Positions 12,175 to 23,885 of a stretch of DNA of 33,362 nt are shown here, one piece after another (position 1 is the stretch's first letter; every line of letters begins with the position of its first letter). This stretch comes from Octopus bimaculoides (lineage: Eukaryota), in NCBI RefSeq assembly GCF_001194135.2, contig NC_069005.1, positions 5,605,386 through 5,638,747 of the forward strand. The letters run 5' to 3'. A model generated the notes under the pieces. That model had not been told where the DNA came from, searched no databases, and saw only the letters and a list, made by a program, of their open reading frames with translations. The translations under genes and the position numbers were made by a program.

Positions 12175-12383
12175 CAACTGGAAGAATCTTTAGCACACTT
12201 TAGACAGAATGCTTAACATTTCATTGTTTTTTACATTCTGAGTTCAAATTCTGCTGAGGTCAACTTTGCCTTTCATCCTTTCAGGGTCGATAAAATAAGT
12301 ACCAGTTATGCAGTAGGGGTCAATGTAATCAACTTCCCTCTTCCCCTGAGACTACTGGCCTTGTGCCAAAATTTGAAACCATT
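12175..12383 (+). mobile_element. SINE family C (alternative tail)
   Basis: Core CTTTGCCTTTCATCCTTTCAGGGTCGATAAAATAAGTACCAG; tail GGCCTTGTGCCAAAATTTGAAACC. Confidence 0.8.
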
Positions 12384-12404
12384 ACACACACACATATATA
12401 TATA

Positions 12405-12574
12405 CTACACTCTCTGAGTGGTTGGCGTTAGGAAGGGCATCCAGCTGTAGAAACTCTGCCAAATTTAGATTGGAGCCTGGTGTTGCCATCCGGTTTCACC
12501 AGTCCTCAGTCAAATCGTCCAACCCATGCTAGCATGGAAAGCGGACGTTAAACGATGATGATGATGATGATGAT
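12405..12574 (+). mobile_element. 5'-truncated family E copy in a TA/CA microsatellite
   Basis: Near-identical to other young E copies; preceded by (CA)n(TA)n; (GAT)n tail followed by ATAT. Confidence 0.85.
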
Positions 12575-12579
12575 ATATG

Positions 12580-12736
12580 ATTGGCTTCTTTCAGTTTCCG
12601 TCTACCAAATTCACTCATGAGGCTTTGGTTGGCCTGAAGTTATAGTAGAAGACACTTGCCCAAGATACCATGCAGTGGGACTGAACCCGGAACCATGTGG
12701 TTCAGAAGTAAGCCACTTACCACACAGCCACACCTA
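12580..12736 (-). mobile_element. SINE family A
   Basis: Reverse complement of the 1-150 head and core. Confidence 0.85.
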
Positions 12737-14036
12737 TGCACCCATACATTAATACATTACATACATGCACATATATGCACCATCTACGCACTCTAATTGA
12801 AGAACCATTAACTCTTGTGTCTTTGACTGAACCCCCCCCCCACTCTCTCTCTCACACACACACACATACTAGCACCACACTGTCCAGTGGTGGGGGAGGC
12901 AAGGACAAAGCTTTTTTTTTTTTTTTACTGACCGGTGTATCTCCAGATGATGTGTGCTGTCTTTAGACAATGGTTTATTGGTGTGTCTATGTATGTATGT
13001 TTATATATGTATGTATATGTATGTGTGTGTATATATATATGTATGTATGTATGTATATATGAGAGTATGTGTGACTGAGACAAATTTTCAGAATTGAGAT
13101 TTCTAATCATTAACTGGGAGGGGAGGCGTTTTTTTAATTTTATTTTTATTTTTTATCTTTCACCACCCAAATGGCTATGGCTATTCAGGGGCACCTGTTA
13201 CAGATAATTCCTAGCTTCCTAACAGGCAATCAAACCCCAGTTTGATCCACAATAGACAGAATTAATTAATTAATTACTACACAACCGTCCACCAAATTTT
13301 TTTTTTTCGTTTTTCTTTTTTTTTAGTATTTGTTTGAGTTCATTGTTGTTTTTGTGTTTTGTTGTTTTTTTTTTTGCCTGGGTCAGCTCTGATTGAACAG
13401 ATTTTTGATCAAAGATTGTCCAGCCATGACCATCCCATCTTTTTCTTTTATTCAGAAATATTACATTCAGGATCTGCATGAGGCATGGGCAATTTTTTTC
13501 AAGAAGTAGACTCTATGAAGTATGCCTCACCAACAGACAATTTTTTATTACACCACATGCTGTTCAGAAAGTCTTGCAGACTGCAGGTTTCCTCTGACCG
13601 ACCGACATGGTCCACCAGGTTTATTTCCTTTGTAAGACAATAGGTTCTGTGTGTGTATATGTGTGTAATTTGAGGAAGATCTTTAGAATGCTGAGTGACT
13701 TCATAGTGGCTTTCTTACAAATTCGTTTTCTTATTTATTTATTTATTTAACACAGTATAGAAACGAATGAAATTTGCTTAAGGGATGCAAATACAGGTCC
13801 AACCCAAGATGTTCAAAGTATTTTCATTGCCCACCACCACAGCCACCACCAAATTTTAGGGGCTGTACTTGCCCCTCTCTTGCATGCCTTCCTCTTCCCA
13901 AGCCTCTGGATTACAAATCTGTGAAGAATATCTAAGTAAATTGGCTGCTTTGTAACATCAGGTAAATCTAACTTAAAAAACTCAAACTAGTTGAATTCCA
14001 TTCATTATTCATCTATCCACCCTTTTTCTCTGCCTA

Positions 14037-14590
14037 CTAATCCAGGGAGTGTTGTAAGGGTAAAGTCCCCAGGCACCTCCTTCATTACATCCTATCGGAA
14101 ACGACTTTCATTAGACTTTCCGGCTGAACTCCCATGTGCCACCAACTAAGACTATGGATATTATCCAACCATCTCGTAAAAGCACCCACTACACTCTCGG
14201 AGTGGTTGGCGTTAGGAAGGGCATCCAGCCGTAGAAACTCTGCCAAATGAGATTGGAGCCTGGTGTAGCCATCTGGTTTCACCACTCCTCAGTCAAATCG
14301 TCCAACCCATGCTAGCATGGAAAGCAGACGTTAAGCGATGATGATCCCATTATTGGTCTTCCTGCCAGTTGGCTCAGCTTGAATCATCCATCTTCCATTT
14401 CTTTTTGTGACATTCTAATCACATGTCTGTAGATCAGAGCTGTGATCTGTTAATGTAGAGAAGTGGTGGCTCAATCTGGAGAGACTCCCTGCTCTCCAAG
14501 CAATGTCCCCTGTTAAGCATTGTTACTCCAGAGATCTTTCACGGAGACCCCTGCTTCAGCTACTTGTACTTGTGATTTGTACTTTTTCAG
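14037..14590 (-). mobile_element. Decayed RTE-like LINE 3' end, interrupted by a family E copy
   Basis: Minus strand: KYKSQVQVAE, IEPPLLYINRSQL, RHVIRMSQ, AEPTGR, [insertion], TRWLDNIH...LMKVVSDR..WRRCLGTLP. Typical C-terminal LINE ORF motifs. Confidence 0.65.
14176..14345 (+). mobile_element. Family E copy nested in the LINE fragment
   Basis: GTAAAAGCACCCACTACACTCTCGGAGTGGTTGGCG...GACGTTAAGCGATGATGATC. Confidence 0.85.
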
Positions 14591-14628
14591 TCGTTTCCTA
14601 ACATTATTCGACATTATAAAACAGAAGT

Positions 14629-14865
14629 TTAACCCTCGGAACTTGCAAATACAATTTAGCAAACTCAATTCCATTTGACAATGTCTGTGGAAGACACAAA
14701 AGTGGACAGCTACATATGTTGTTTACGGCTCATTAATCAGTACAAACATCATTATTTTTAGCCATAGACACAAAAACATGTGGCCATTCATGTTTGTCTC
14801 TTCTACAGATATAATGGGACAAAATCATACCTGGTAGGTCCTTATTTGTGGGTACAAAGGGTTAA
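14629..14865. mobile_element. Possible degenerate piggyBac-like MITE
   Basis: TTAA|CCCTCGG ... TACAAAGGG|TTAA; the TIR match is weak beyond CCCT. Confidence 0.35.
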
Positions 14866-14914
14866 GACACAGAAAATAAAAATCAGTTCGTTGATTTGAA
14901 CTAAGGAGCAATCA

Positions 14915-15095
14915 ACGTGTGGTCACTCAGCCTTCTAGAAATAGCAACCAAATTTCCCTCCAACCCTTCCTTAATGCTTCAAAAAAATAAAACATTGGCT
15001 AAACGTGATCTTAGATAAACAATCCAAAAAGACGACCATAGCTGGACTGCCCCTTGGTCATAGGTCTGTTGGATCAGTATTGACCTGTGTCTAAC
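14915..15095 (+). repeat. Dispersed repeat family D
   Basis: CTAGAAATAGCAACCAAATTTCCCTC and CCATAGCTGGACTGCCCCTTGGTCATAGGTCTG motifs recur at 13378-13440 (-), near 25905 and at 29040-29280. Confidence 0.55.
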
Positions 15096-16084
15096 CCCCC
15101 CCCCTCCCTATCAATTGCACTGATTTTTGGTCACCCATTTATGGATATTACTGATAATGAGCAAGCACTGAAGCACAATGCTGTCCTTGGGGCTGTCTGA
15201 TCCCGTCAAATTGTCAACCCATGCCAGCACGGAACATGGACCTATGATGATGATTAGTTAGGTTCTGCTCTGAGAACAAACCATTCTTCTAAGCAGGTTA
15301 GAATTAAAGAATTCTTGAACTGTTATTGATTTTTTTTTAATGAATTTTTAAGTTTTTTTCCAACAAATTTTATTTATATTTTTATCTTATTCATTNNNNN
15401 NNNNNNNNNNNNNNNNNNNNNNNNNNNNNNNNNNNNNNNNNNNNNNNNNNNNNNNNNNNNNNNNNNNNNNNNNNNNNNNNNNNNNNNNNNNNNNNNNNNN
15501 NNNNNNNNNNNNNNNNNNNNNNNNNNNNNNNNNNNNNNNNNNNNNNNNNNNNNNNNNNNNNNNNNNNNNNNNNNNNNNNNNNNNNNNNNNNNNNNNNNNN
15601 NNNNNNNNNNNNNNNNNNNNNNNNNNNNNNNNNNNNNNNNNNNNNNNNNNNNNNNNNNNNNNNNNNNNNNNNNNNNNNNNNNNNNNNNNNNNNNNNNNNN
15701 NNNNNNNNNNNNNNNNNNNNNNNNNNNNNNNNNNNNNNNNNNNNNNNNNNNNNNNNNNNNNNNNNNNNNNNNNNNNNNNNNNNNNNNNNNNNNNNNNNNN
15801 NNNNNNNNNNNNNNNNNNNNNNNNNNNNNNNNNNNNNNNNNNNNNNNNNNNNNNNNNNNNNNNNNNNNNNNNNNNNNNNNNNNNNNNNNNNNNNNNNNNN
15901 NNNNNNNNNNNNNNNNNNNNNNNNNNNNNNNNNNNNNNNNNNNNNNNNNNNNNNNNNNNNNNNNNNNNNNNNNNNNNNNNNNNNNNNNNNNNNNNNNNNN
16001 NNNNNNNNNNNNNNNNNNNNNNNNNNNNNNNNNNNNNNNNNNNNNNNNNNNNNNNNNNNNNNNNNNNNNNNNNNNNNNNNNAAA

Positions 16085-16333
16085 AGACAGAAGTAAATAT
16101 TTATTTCTTTATTACCCACAGTGGGGCTAAACATAGAGGGTACAAACAAGGGCAGACAAAGGGATCAAGTCGATCACATTGACCCCAGTGCATAACTGGT
16201 ACTTATTTAATCGACCCCCGAAAGGATGAAAGGCAAAGTCGACCTTGGCGGAATTTGAACTCAGAACGTAACAGCATATAAAATGCCGCTAAGCATTTCA
16301 CCTGGTGTGCTAATGATTCTACCAGCTTGCCAC
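16085..16333 (-). mobile_element. SINE family C with a different 3' tail
   Basis: Minus-strand head and core as at 11258, but the tail reads CCCTTTGTCTGCCCTTGTTTGTACCCTCTATGTTTAGCCCC...AATAAAGAAAT. Confidence 0.8.
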
Positions 16334-16611
16334 CCTGACCCAAAGTAAATATTATTCAAAGAATGTTTTCACAACGAACATATTCCAATCCATGATGACA
16401 ACTGAAAAATAAATGGTAAAATATTACCTACACGAAGACTCCATCACTGCTTTCCTAACGTCACTATGGCCAAATCTATGGCCATATAAAATACAGGAGG
16501 TTTTTCTTCTGCAGTCTATCGTTAATTATTCCATTCATCTATTCAGGGATTACTTAATATTCTTATAATAACATCATACACCCGACTAGAATTAGAATAG
16601 AAAATATTGTT

Positions 16612-16765
16612 AGCCATGGCTGTGTGGTAAGAAGCTTGCTTCTCAACCACATGGTTCCAGGTTCAGACCCACTGCATGACACCTTGGGAATACTTCTTCT
16701 ATAGCCTCAGCAGGCTGACCAAAACCTTGTGAACTGATTTAGTTGATGGAAACTGAAAGAAGCCT

Positions 16766-16770
<5 letters not shown>
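16612..16770 (+). mobile_element. SINE family A
   Basis: Head and core followed by (TA)n. Confidence 0.8.
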
Positions 16771-16803
<33 letters not shown>

Positions 16804-16820
16804 GTAGTAACTCAGTTTTC

Positions 16821-16851
16821 AAACAACTCTGATCACAAATAAATTGTGCTT

Positions 16852-16885
<34 letters not shown>

Positions 16886-16922
16886 TATATAAAGCATGAT
16901 TTATTCGTGATCAGAGGCGTTT
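16821..16922. repeat. Imperfect inverted repeat around a TA tract
   Basis: AAACAACTCTGATCACAAATAAATTGTGCTTTATATAT versus ATATATAAAGCATGATTTATTCGTGATCAGAGGCGTTT (reverse complementary with about 5 mismatches). Confidence 0.7.
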
Positions 16923-18317
16923 GTANNNNNNNNNNNNNNNNNNNNNNNNNNNNNNNNNNNNNNNNNNNNNNNNNNNNNNNNNNNNNNNNNNNNNNNNNNN
17001 NNNNNNNNNNNNNNNNNNNNNNNNNNNNNNNNNNNNNNNNNNNNNNNNNNNNNNNNNNNNNNNNNNNNNNNNNNNNNNNNNNNNNNNNNNNNNNNNNNNN
17101 NNNNNNNNNNNNNNNNNNNNNNNNNNNNNNNNNNNNNNNNNNNNNNNNNNNNNNNNNNNNNNNNNNNNNNNNNNNNNNNNNNNNNNNNNNNNNNNNNNNN
17201 NNNNNNNNNNNNNNNNNNNNNNNNNNNNNNNNNNNNNNNNNNNNNNNNNNNNNNNNNNNNNNNNNNNNNNNNNNNNNNNNNNNNNNNNNNNNNNNNNNNN
17301 NNNNNNNNNNNNNNNNNNNNNNNNNNNNNNNNNNNNNNNNNNNNNNNNNNNNNNNNNNNNNNNNNNNNNNNNNNNNNNNNNNNNNNNNNNNNNNNNNNNN
17401 NNNNNNNNNNNNNNNNNNNNNNNNNNNNNNNNNNNNNNNNNNNNNNNNNNNNNNNNNNNNNNNNNNNNNNNNNNNNNNNNNNNNNNNNNNNNNNNNNNNN
17501 NNNNNNNNNNNNNNNNNNNNNNNNNNNNNNNNNNNNNNNNNNNNNNNNNNNNNNNNNNNNNNNNNNNNNNNNNNNNNNNNNNNNNNNNNNNNNNNNNNNN
17601 NNNNNNNNNNNNNNNNNNNNNNNNNNNNNNNNNNNNNNNNNNNNNNNNNNNNNNNNNNNNNNNNNNNNNNNNNNNNNNNNNNNNNNNNNNNNNNNNNNNN
17701 NNNNNNNNNNNNNNNNNNNNNNNNNNNNNNNNNNNNNNNNNNNNNNNNNNNNNNNNNNNNNNNNNNNNNNNNNNNNNNNNNNNNNNNNNNNNNNNNNNNN
17801 NNNNNNNNNNNNNNNNNNNNNNNNNNNNNNNNNNNNNNGTACCAGGCTTTAAAAAAAAAATCAAGTACCAGGATTGATTCGTTCAACTAAAAATTCTTCA
17901 AGGTCGTACCCCAGCATGGCCACAGTCTGCTGATTGCAGCAAGCGAAAGACAAAAGGTAAATGTGAAACATTACTCCAGACAAGAGCACCAATGAAACTG
18001 GTATGGCAGTGTTGTTACAAAAGACCCAACAAAAATAACAATGTTTCACAATGTTTCTTTGCTCCTTCTGAATTCAAATTCTGCCAGGGTCCACTTGGTC
18101 TTTTGGTTTATTGGGGATTGATAAAGTACCAGTCTAGTAGTGTTGTTGGCTCTTTTCTCTATCTCTCTCTCTCTCTGACACATTTTCTTTTTCTCCTGGT
18201 GAAAACTAGAAATGGTTAGGTTCCACCAGGTTTAAATTGCCCAAGACATGCTATATGATCCAAAGACACCATTACAAATCCATCAGAAATTATGCAACCA
18301 CACATCACACAAACATA

Positions 18318-18329
<12 letters not shown>

Positions 18330-18368
<39 letters not shown>

Positions 18369-18690
18369 TTCATGACTGTTTTCCATGCTGGCATGAGTTG
18401 GATGGCTTGACAGGAGACAATGAGCCAGAGGACTGTGCCGAGCTCCAATCTCTACTTTGACATGGTTTCTATGGCTGGATGTCCTTCCTAACATCAACCA
18501 CTTCAGAGAGTGGACTGGGTGCTTTTAATGTGGCACTGCACTGGCACAAGTAACGACGCCAAGTAATTCGCATGACAAGAGCCCACCCCACTCATCTCTG
18601 AGGTGGGAGGTGGAGCTTTATGCCAAGTGATAAGAGTTTAAAGTATGGTATAGTGACAGGAACCGGTGTCTTGCAGCAGATGGTGCTGAG
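18330..18690 (-). mobile_element. Diverged family E-like copy with (CAT)n tail
   Basis: (CAT)n, then TTCCATGCTGGCATGAGTTGGA...TGGCTGGATGTCCTTCCTAAC. Confidence 0.7.
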
Positions 18691-18989
18691 GTGTCAGGGC
18701 ATACCCTCGTGAACAGTGTGTGTGTGTGTGATTATTCAATGGCCGTAAAGTTATTCTGTGATATATATATAAACGGGAAGTAATATTGTTAGCTTATCCA
18801 GTAAAATGTTATGTAAGTAATTATTTTAGCAGTTAAAATTGCCAGGAATCATTCTGTGGAAACGGTACCACAACTACTCACCAAGCAATAAATGCATGGC
18901 TCAACTCCCATTGTTGGATCCGGTGTCTTGTTTCTGTTTTAAATGTGATGTGTGTGTGTCTAGTTTTGGGAGGTTGTGTAGCTTATTGT

Positions 18990-19013
18990 ACATACATATA
19001 ATTTTGCTTGTAT

Positions 19014-19056
<43 letters not shown>

Positions 19057-19126
19057 AAATTTTGCTTGTATATTTATATATATATATATATATGAATATA
19101 TATATCTATACACAGTTCTGCTTGTG

Positions 19127-19167
<41 letters not shown>

Positions 19168-19450
19168 TTCTGCTTCTCTGTGTGTGTATGTATATANNNN
19201 NNNNNNNNNNNNNNNNNNNNNNNNNNNNNNNNNNNNNNNNNNNNNNNNNNNNNNNNNNNNNNNNNNNNNNNNNNNNNNNNNNNNNNNNNNNNNNNNNNNN
19301 NNNNNNNNNNNNNNNNNNNNNNNNNNNNNNNNNNNNTATATATATATACACACAGTTCTGCTTGTGTATGTGTGTGTGTATATATATATATATATGTATG
19401 TATATATATATAATTCAGCTTGTATATATATATATATATATATTCTTTAA
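18990..19450. repeat. Compound minisatellite: CAGTTCTGCTT motif separated by (TA)n/(TG)n
   Basis: ACAGTTCTGCTT near 19112, 19165 and 19352; degenerate TTTTGCTTGTA variants near 19002 and 19060. Confidence 0.75.
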
Positions 19451-19507
19451 ATAACAGTTTCACTGAATTACATATGACTTGAGTATTCCAATATCTGATG
19501 AAATTCA

Positions 19508-19725
19508 GGCGGAGAACTGGTAGAATCGTTAGCACACCAGGCAAAATGCATAATGCCATTTCAGCCGTCTTTACATTCTGAGTTCAAACGTTGCTAAGGT
19601 GAACTTTACCTTTCATCCTTTCAGGGTCAATGAAATAAGTACCAGTTGAACACTGGGGTCAATGTAATCAATATGTCCCTTATCCCAGAAATTGCTGAGC
19701 TTGTGCCAGAGTTTGATACCAATAT
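19508..19725 (+). mobile_element. SINE family C
   Basis: GAGAACTGGTAGAATCGTTAGCAC...CTTTCATCCTTTCAGGGTCAATGAAATAAGTACCAG. Confidence 0.8.
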
Positions 19726-20459
19726 CAAATCAAATGGAGCTGAGTCAAACTGTTATTAAAGAATATATGTAACTCTTACCAAATGTGTTGAATGCCATTT
19801 TCTTTAATTTTCCCACTCACTTGTGTTTGTGTATGTGTGTGTATATATACATATATATAATTATTGAATGGTACAGGTGTGGAAATATACACTCAAGACT
19901 TCAAATTTCAATAGGAGTGATATGATAATTGCCACACTACTTCATCGGCGGCACAAGCACCAGGTTGACAACAGCTGAAAAAGTGCAGCAATCATCATAT
20001 TGTTGACACAGAAACTTCAAGTCCTGTATGTGAGTCTCTCTCTAACTGTATCATTCAATAAATATAGTTCTGTTTCAAACAATATTGATGTCTACCTCTT
20101 TTGTCATCACATCCAGTTTGTCAATGTATGTGTGTGTGTGTGTGTGTATGTGTTGGATACCCCATTACTTAATAATGCCCACAAAGTGTGTATATTATCT
20201 GCTACACTCTCATGTGTGTTAGTTGCTTGAGACAGTTGACTCCTTGCATTCTCACAGTTTCTTTCTCTCCCACTGTTTCAAAAAAAAACCCTACCCCACC
20301 TCTTCCTGAAGTCTTGACCTAACTGTAATTAACTGAAAAATATTGCTAGAGGAATGTGGTACTAGCAATACCAAAGACACAGTCTTCAGTAACTTCACAG
20401 AGATCATGTAATAAAATTAACTTCAATATTAATTAGTATGATTATTTAGACAAATATCT

Positions 20460-21223
20460 ACCTATATATATATATATATATATATATNNNNNNNNNNNNN
20501 NNNNNNNNNNNNNNNNNNNNNNNNNNNNNNNNNNNNNNNNNNNNNNNNNNNNNNNNNNNNNNNNNNNNNNNNNNNNNNNNNNNNNNNNNNNNNNNNNNNN
20601 NNNNNNNNNNNNNNNNNNNNNNNNNNNNNNNNNNNNNNNNNNNNNNNNNNNNNNNNNNNNNNNNNNNNNNNNNNNNNNNNNNNNNNNNNNNNNNNNNNNN
20701 NNNNNNNNNNNNNNNNNNNNNNNNNNNNNNNNNNNNNNNNNNNNNNNNNNNNNNNNNNNNNNNNNNNNNNNNNNNNNNNNNNNNNNNNNNNNATATATAT
20801 ATATATATATCTGTGTGTGTATGTGTGTGCATATACATACATAATGTATACATATATATATATATGTATAGGTGTGTGTGTGTGTGTATATATATGTATA
20901 AGTGTGTGTGTGTGTATATATATATATATGTATATATGTGTGTGTGTGTATATATATGTATATATGTGTGTGTGTACATATATATATATATATGCATCAG
21001 TATGTATATATGTGTGTATATATATACGTATAGGTATGTACATATATGTGTGTGTGTATATACATGTATAGGTATGTATATATGTGTATATACATGCATA
21101 GGTATGTGTATATATATATATATATGTGTGTGTGTGTATATATATGTATAGATATGTGTATATATATATATGAATAGGTATGTATATATAAATATATAAA
21201 TATATATATATACACACCTATAC

Positions 21224-21276
<53 letters not shown>
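20460..21276. repeat. Large compound (TA)/(TG)/(TATG) microsatellite between gaps
   Basis: Almost entirely simple repeat; source of the 250-270 aa pseudo-ORFs. Confidence 0.9.
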
Positions 21277-22284
21277 NNNNNNNNNNNNNNNNNNNNNNNN
21301 NNNNNNNNNNNNNNNNNNNNNNNNNNNNNNNNNNNNNNNNNNNNNNNNNNNNNNNNNNNNNNNNNNNNNNNNNNNNNNNNNNNNNNNNNNNNNNNNNNNN
21401 NNNNNNNNNNNNNNNNNNNNNNNNNNNNNNNNNNNNNNNNNNNNNNNNNNNNNNNNNNNNNNNNNNNNNNNNNNNNNNNNNNNNNNNNNNNNNNNNNNNN
21501 NNNNNNNNNNNNNNNNNNNNNNNNNNNNNNNNNNNNNNNNNNNNNNNNNNNNNNNNNNNNNNNNNNNNNNNNNNNNNNNNNNNNNNNNNNNNNNNNNNNN
21601 NNNNNNNNNNNNNNNNNNNNNNNNNNNNNNNNNNNNNNNNNNNNNNNNNNNNNNNNNNNNNNNNNNNNNNNNNNNNNNNNNNNNNNNNNNNNNNNNNNNN
21701 NNNNNNNNNNNNNNNNTATCACTTTGTTTCTTGCTTTATCCCCCCACACACACACACACACTTATCTTCCACTTTCTCTCGACCTCTTCTCTTTCTTTTC
21801 TTCTCTTATCCCTCATGTTTTCTTCCTTCTTTCTATTCTCTCTCTCTCTCTCTCCGTTTTTCTTCCAGTTTCGTTGCATCACTCCTGAAATAACTTATGC
21901 AAATAGACCCAGGCCCACCTCAACAGATTGCAGCCACCACCACCACCACCACCAGGCAAACGAATGCACTGGGCCCTATTGTGTTTATTTATTGATAGCA
22001 AGCCACAACATACATGGATCAGAATTGGGCCCCTAAACCCATGTGGACCCCAAGCAACTACTTAATGTGCCCATGCCTTAAGTTGGCCCCAAACAGTCAC
22101 CAGTATTGACGAGGGGTAGAACTGAACTTAGTGTTTGAAGTCTTACGGGGTTCCTTGCAAGTTAGAGAGACAGATTTACTTGGCCCTTCATCGTTTCGGG
22201 GTCAATGAAATAAGTAGCAGTTGAACACTGGGGGCCAATGTAATTGACTTCCCCCTCCCACCAGACTTGTACAGAACCAATGAC

Positions 22285-22505
22285 AGAGAGTGGGCAGAAC
22301 CATTACCATGCCAGGTAAAATGCTTGGCAGCATTTCACTTCATCCATCTTCACATTCTGAGTTCAAATTCTGCCAAGGTCTACTTTGTCTTCCATTCTTT
22401 CAGGGGTCAGTGAAATAAGTACCAGTTACGCACTGGGGTCGATGTAATCGACTGACCCTCTCGCCACGAAATTTCAGGTGTTTTACCTATGGTATTAAGG
22501 ATTGT
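22285..22505 (+). mobile_element. SINE family C (a partial copy precedes it at ~22170-22260)
   Basis: Core and GGGGTCGATGTAATCGACT hairpin. Confidence 0.75.
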
Positions 22506-22529
22506 ATGCAACCATTAAGACACATCATC

Positions 22530-22815
22530 ATCATCATCATCATCATCATTATCATCAACATTTAAGGTTTGTTTTCCATGTTGGCATGGGTTGGACAGCT
22601 TGACAGGAACTGGCAAGATCAGGGGCTGCACCAGATTCCATAGTCCATTTTGGCTTGGTTTCTACAGCTGGAGGCCCTTCCTAATGCCAACCCCTCTAAA
22701 CAGTCTATTAGGTACTTTTTACATGGCACCAGCACCTGTTCTTTTCATGTGGCACCATCACAGGTGTTTTTTATGGGGCACCATCACCCACAACAATGCT
22801 TTTTACATGGCACCT
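22530..22815 (-). mobile_element. Family E-like copy with expanded internal subrepeats
   Basis: (CAT)n tail, TTCCATGTTGGCATGGGTTGGAC, and four TTTT(A)CATGGCACC-like units. Confidence 0.7.
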
Positions 22816-22940
22816 TGGTTTTAGGATATCAACTCCTTGGTTTTTGGATATCCCAGTATTTCAATACGCTTGCAATGATATTACAGCTACAATCCACATA
22901 AGGACCATCACCAATAATATAAACAACATCATCTAAATTT

Positions 22941-23061
22941 GTAGAAACTCTGCCAAATTTAGATTGGAGCCTGGTGTTGCCATCCGGTTTCACCAGTCCT
23001 CAGTCAAGTCGTCCAACCCATGCTAGCATGGAAAGCGGACGTTAAACGATGATGATGATGA
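22941..23061 (+). mobile_element. Short 5'-truncated family E copy
   Basis: TAGAAACTCTGCC...GTTAAACGATGATGATG. Confidence 0.85.
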
Positions 23062-23312
23062 TTACAGAGTAAATGAATGACAGTCTACAGATGGTGAATC
23101 GATCTGTTAGAAATAACAGTCATATCTTCTGAGATGATATGCTACTGTTTTAAAAGGATGAAAGCTTTATGGTAAACTTATATTCTTAGGTAAATAAAAG
23201 GAGAATGGTCAATATCAAGGATAACACTTGAGATACCATTCATCTTAGTCTCCAATATCTTTGGTAAGTGAATTCTTTATATTTTATATACGATGCAAGA
23301 GCGTTGTTTTAG

Positions 23313-23461
23313 AGTGGCTGTGTGATAAGTAGATTGCTTACCAACCACATGGTCCCAGGTTCAGACCCACTGCATGGTACCTTGGGCAAGTGTCTTCTAC
23401 TGTAGCCTCAGGCTGACCAAAGCCTTGTGAATGGATTTGGCAGATGGAAACTGAAAGAAGA

Positions 23462-23508
<47 letters not shown>

Positions 23509-23885
23509 TCTCTGAGTGGTTGGCGTTAGGAAGGGCATCCAGCTGTAGAAACTCTGCCAAATTTAGATTGGAGCCTGGTGTTGCCATCCGGTTTCACCAG
23601 TCCTCAGTCAAGTCGTCCAACCCATGCTAACATGGAAGGCGGACGTTAAACGATGATGATGATGATGATATATATATGTATGTATTTATGTTTGTGTGTC
23701 TGTGTTTGTCCCCCCACCATCGCTTGACAACCAATGCTAGTGCGTTTACATCCGTAACATTAGCAGTTCAGCAAAAGAGACCGATAGAATAAGTATTAGG
23801 CTTACAAAGAGTAAGTCCTGGGATCGATTTGATCGACTAAAGGCGGTGCTCCAGCATGGCCACAGTCAAATGACTGAAGCAAGCT
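23313..23885 (+). mobile_element. SINE A/B split by a nested family E copy (23507-23669)
   Basis: Order is A head/core, (TA)n, E 3' fragment with (GAT)n, ATATAT, then B tail. Confidence 0.85.

Noticed and set aside
14809-14833. 25-nt AG...GT micro-exon candidate
   Set aside because: Very short, inside a probable TTAA-flanked element, and without protein-level support.
19877-20029. Unique segment ending in a good GTGAGT donor
   Set aside because: No acceptor with a pyrimidine tract gives an open frame through to the donor.
2924-21761. Long ORFs (200-395 aa) in the supplied track
   Set aside because: They are X-runs across N gaps or IY/CV/HT repeats from microsatellites, not proteins.
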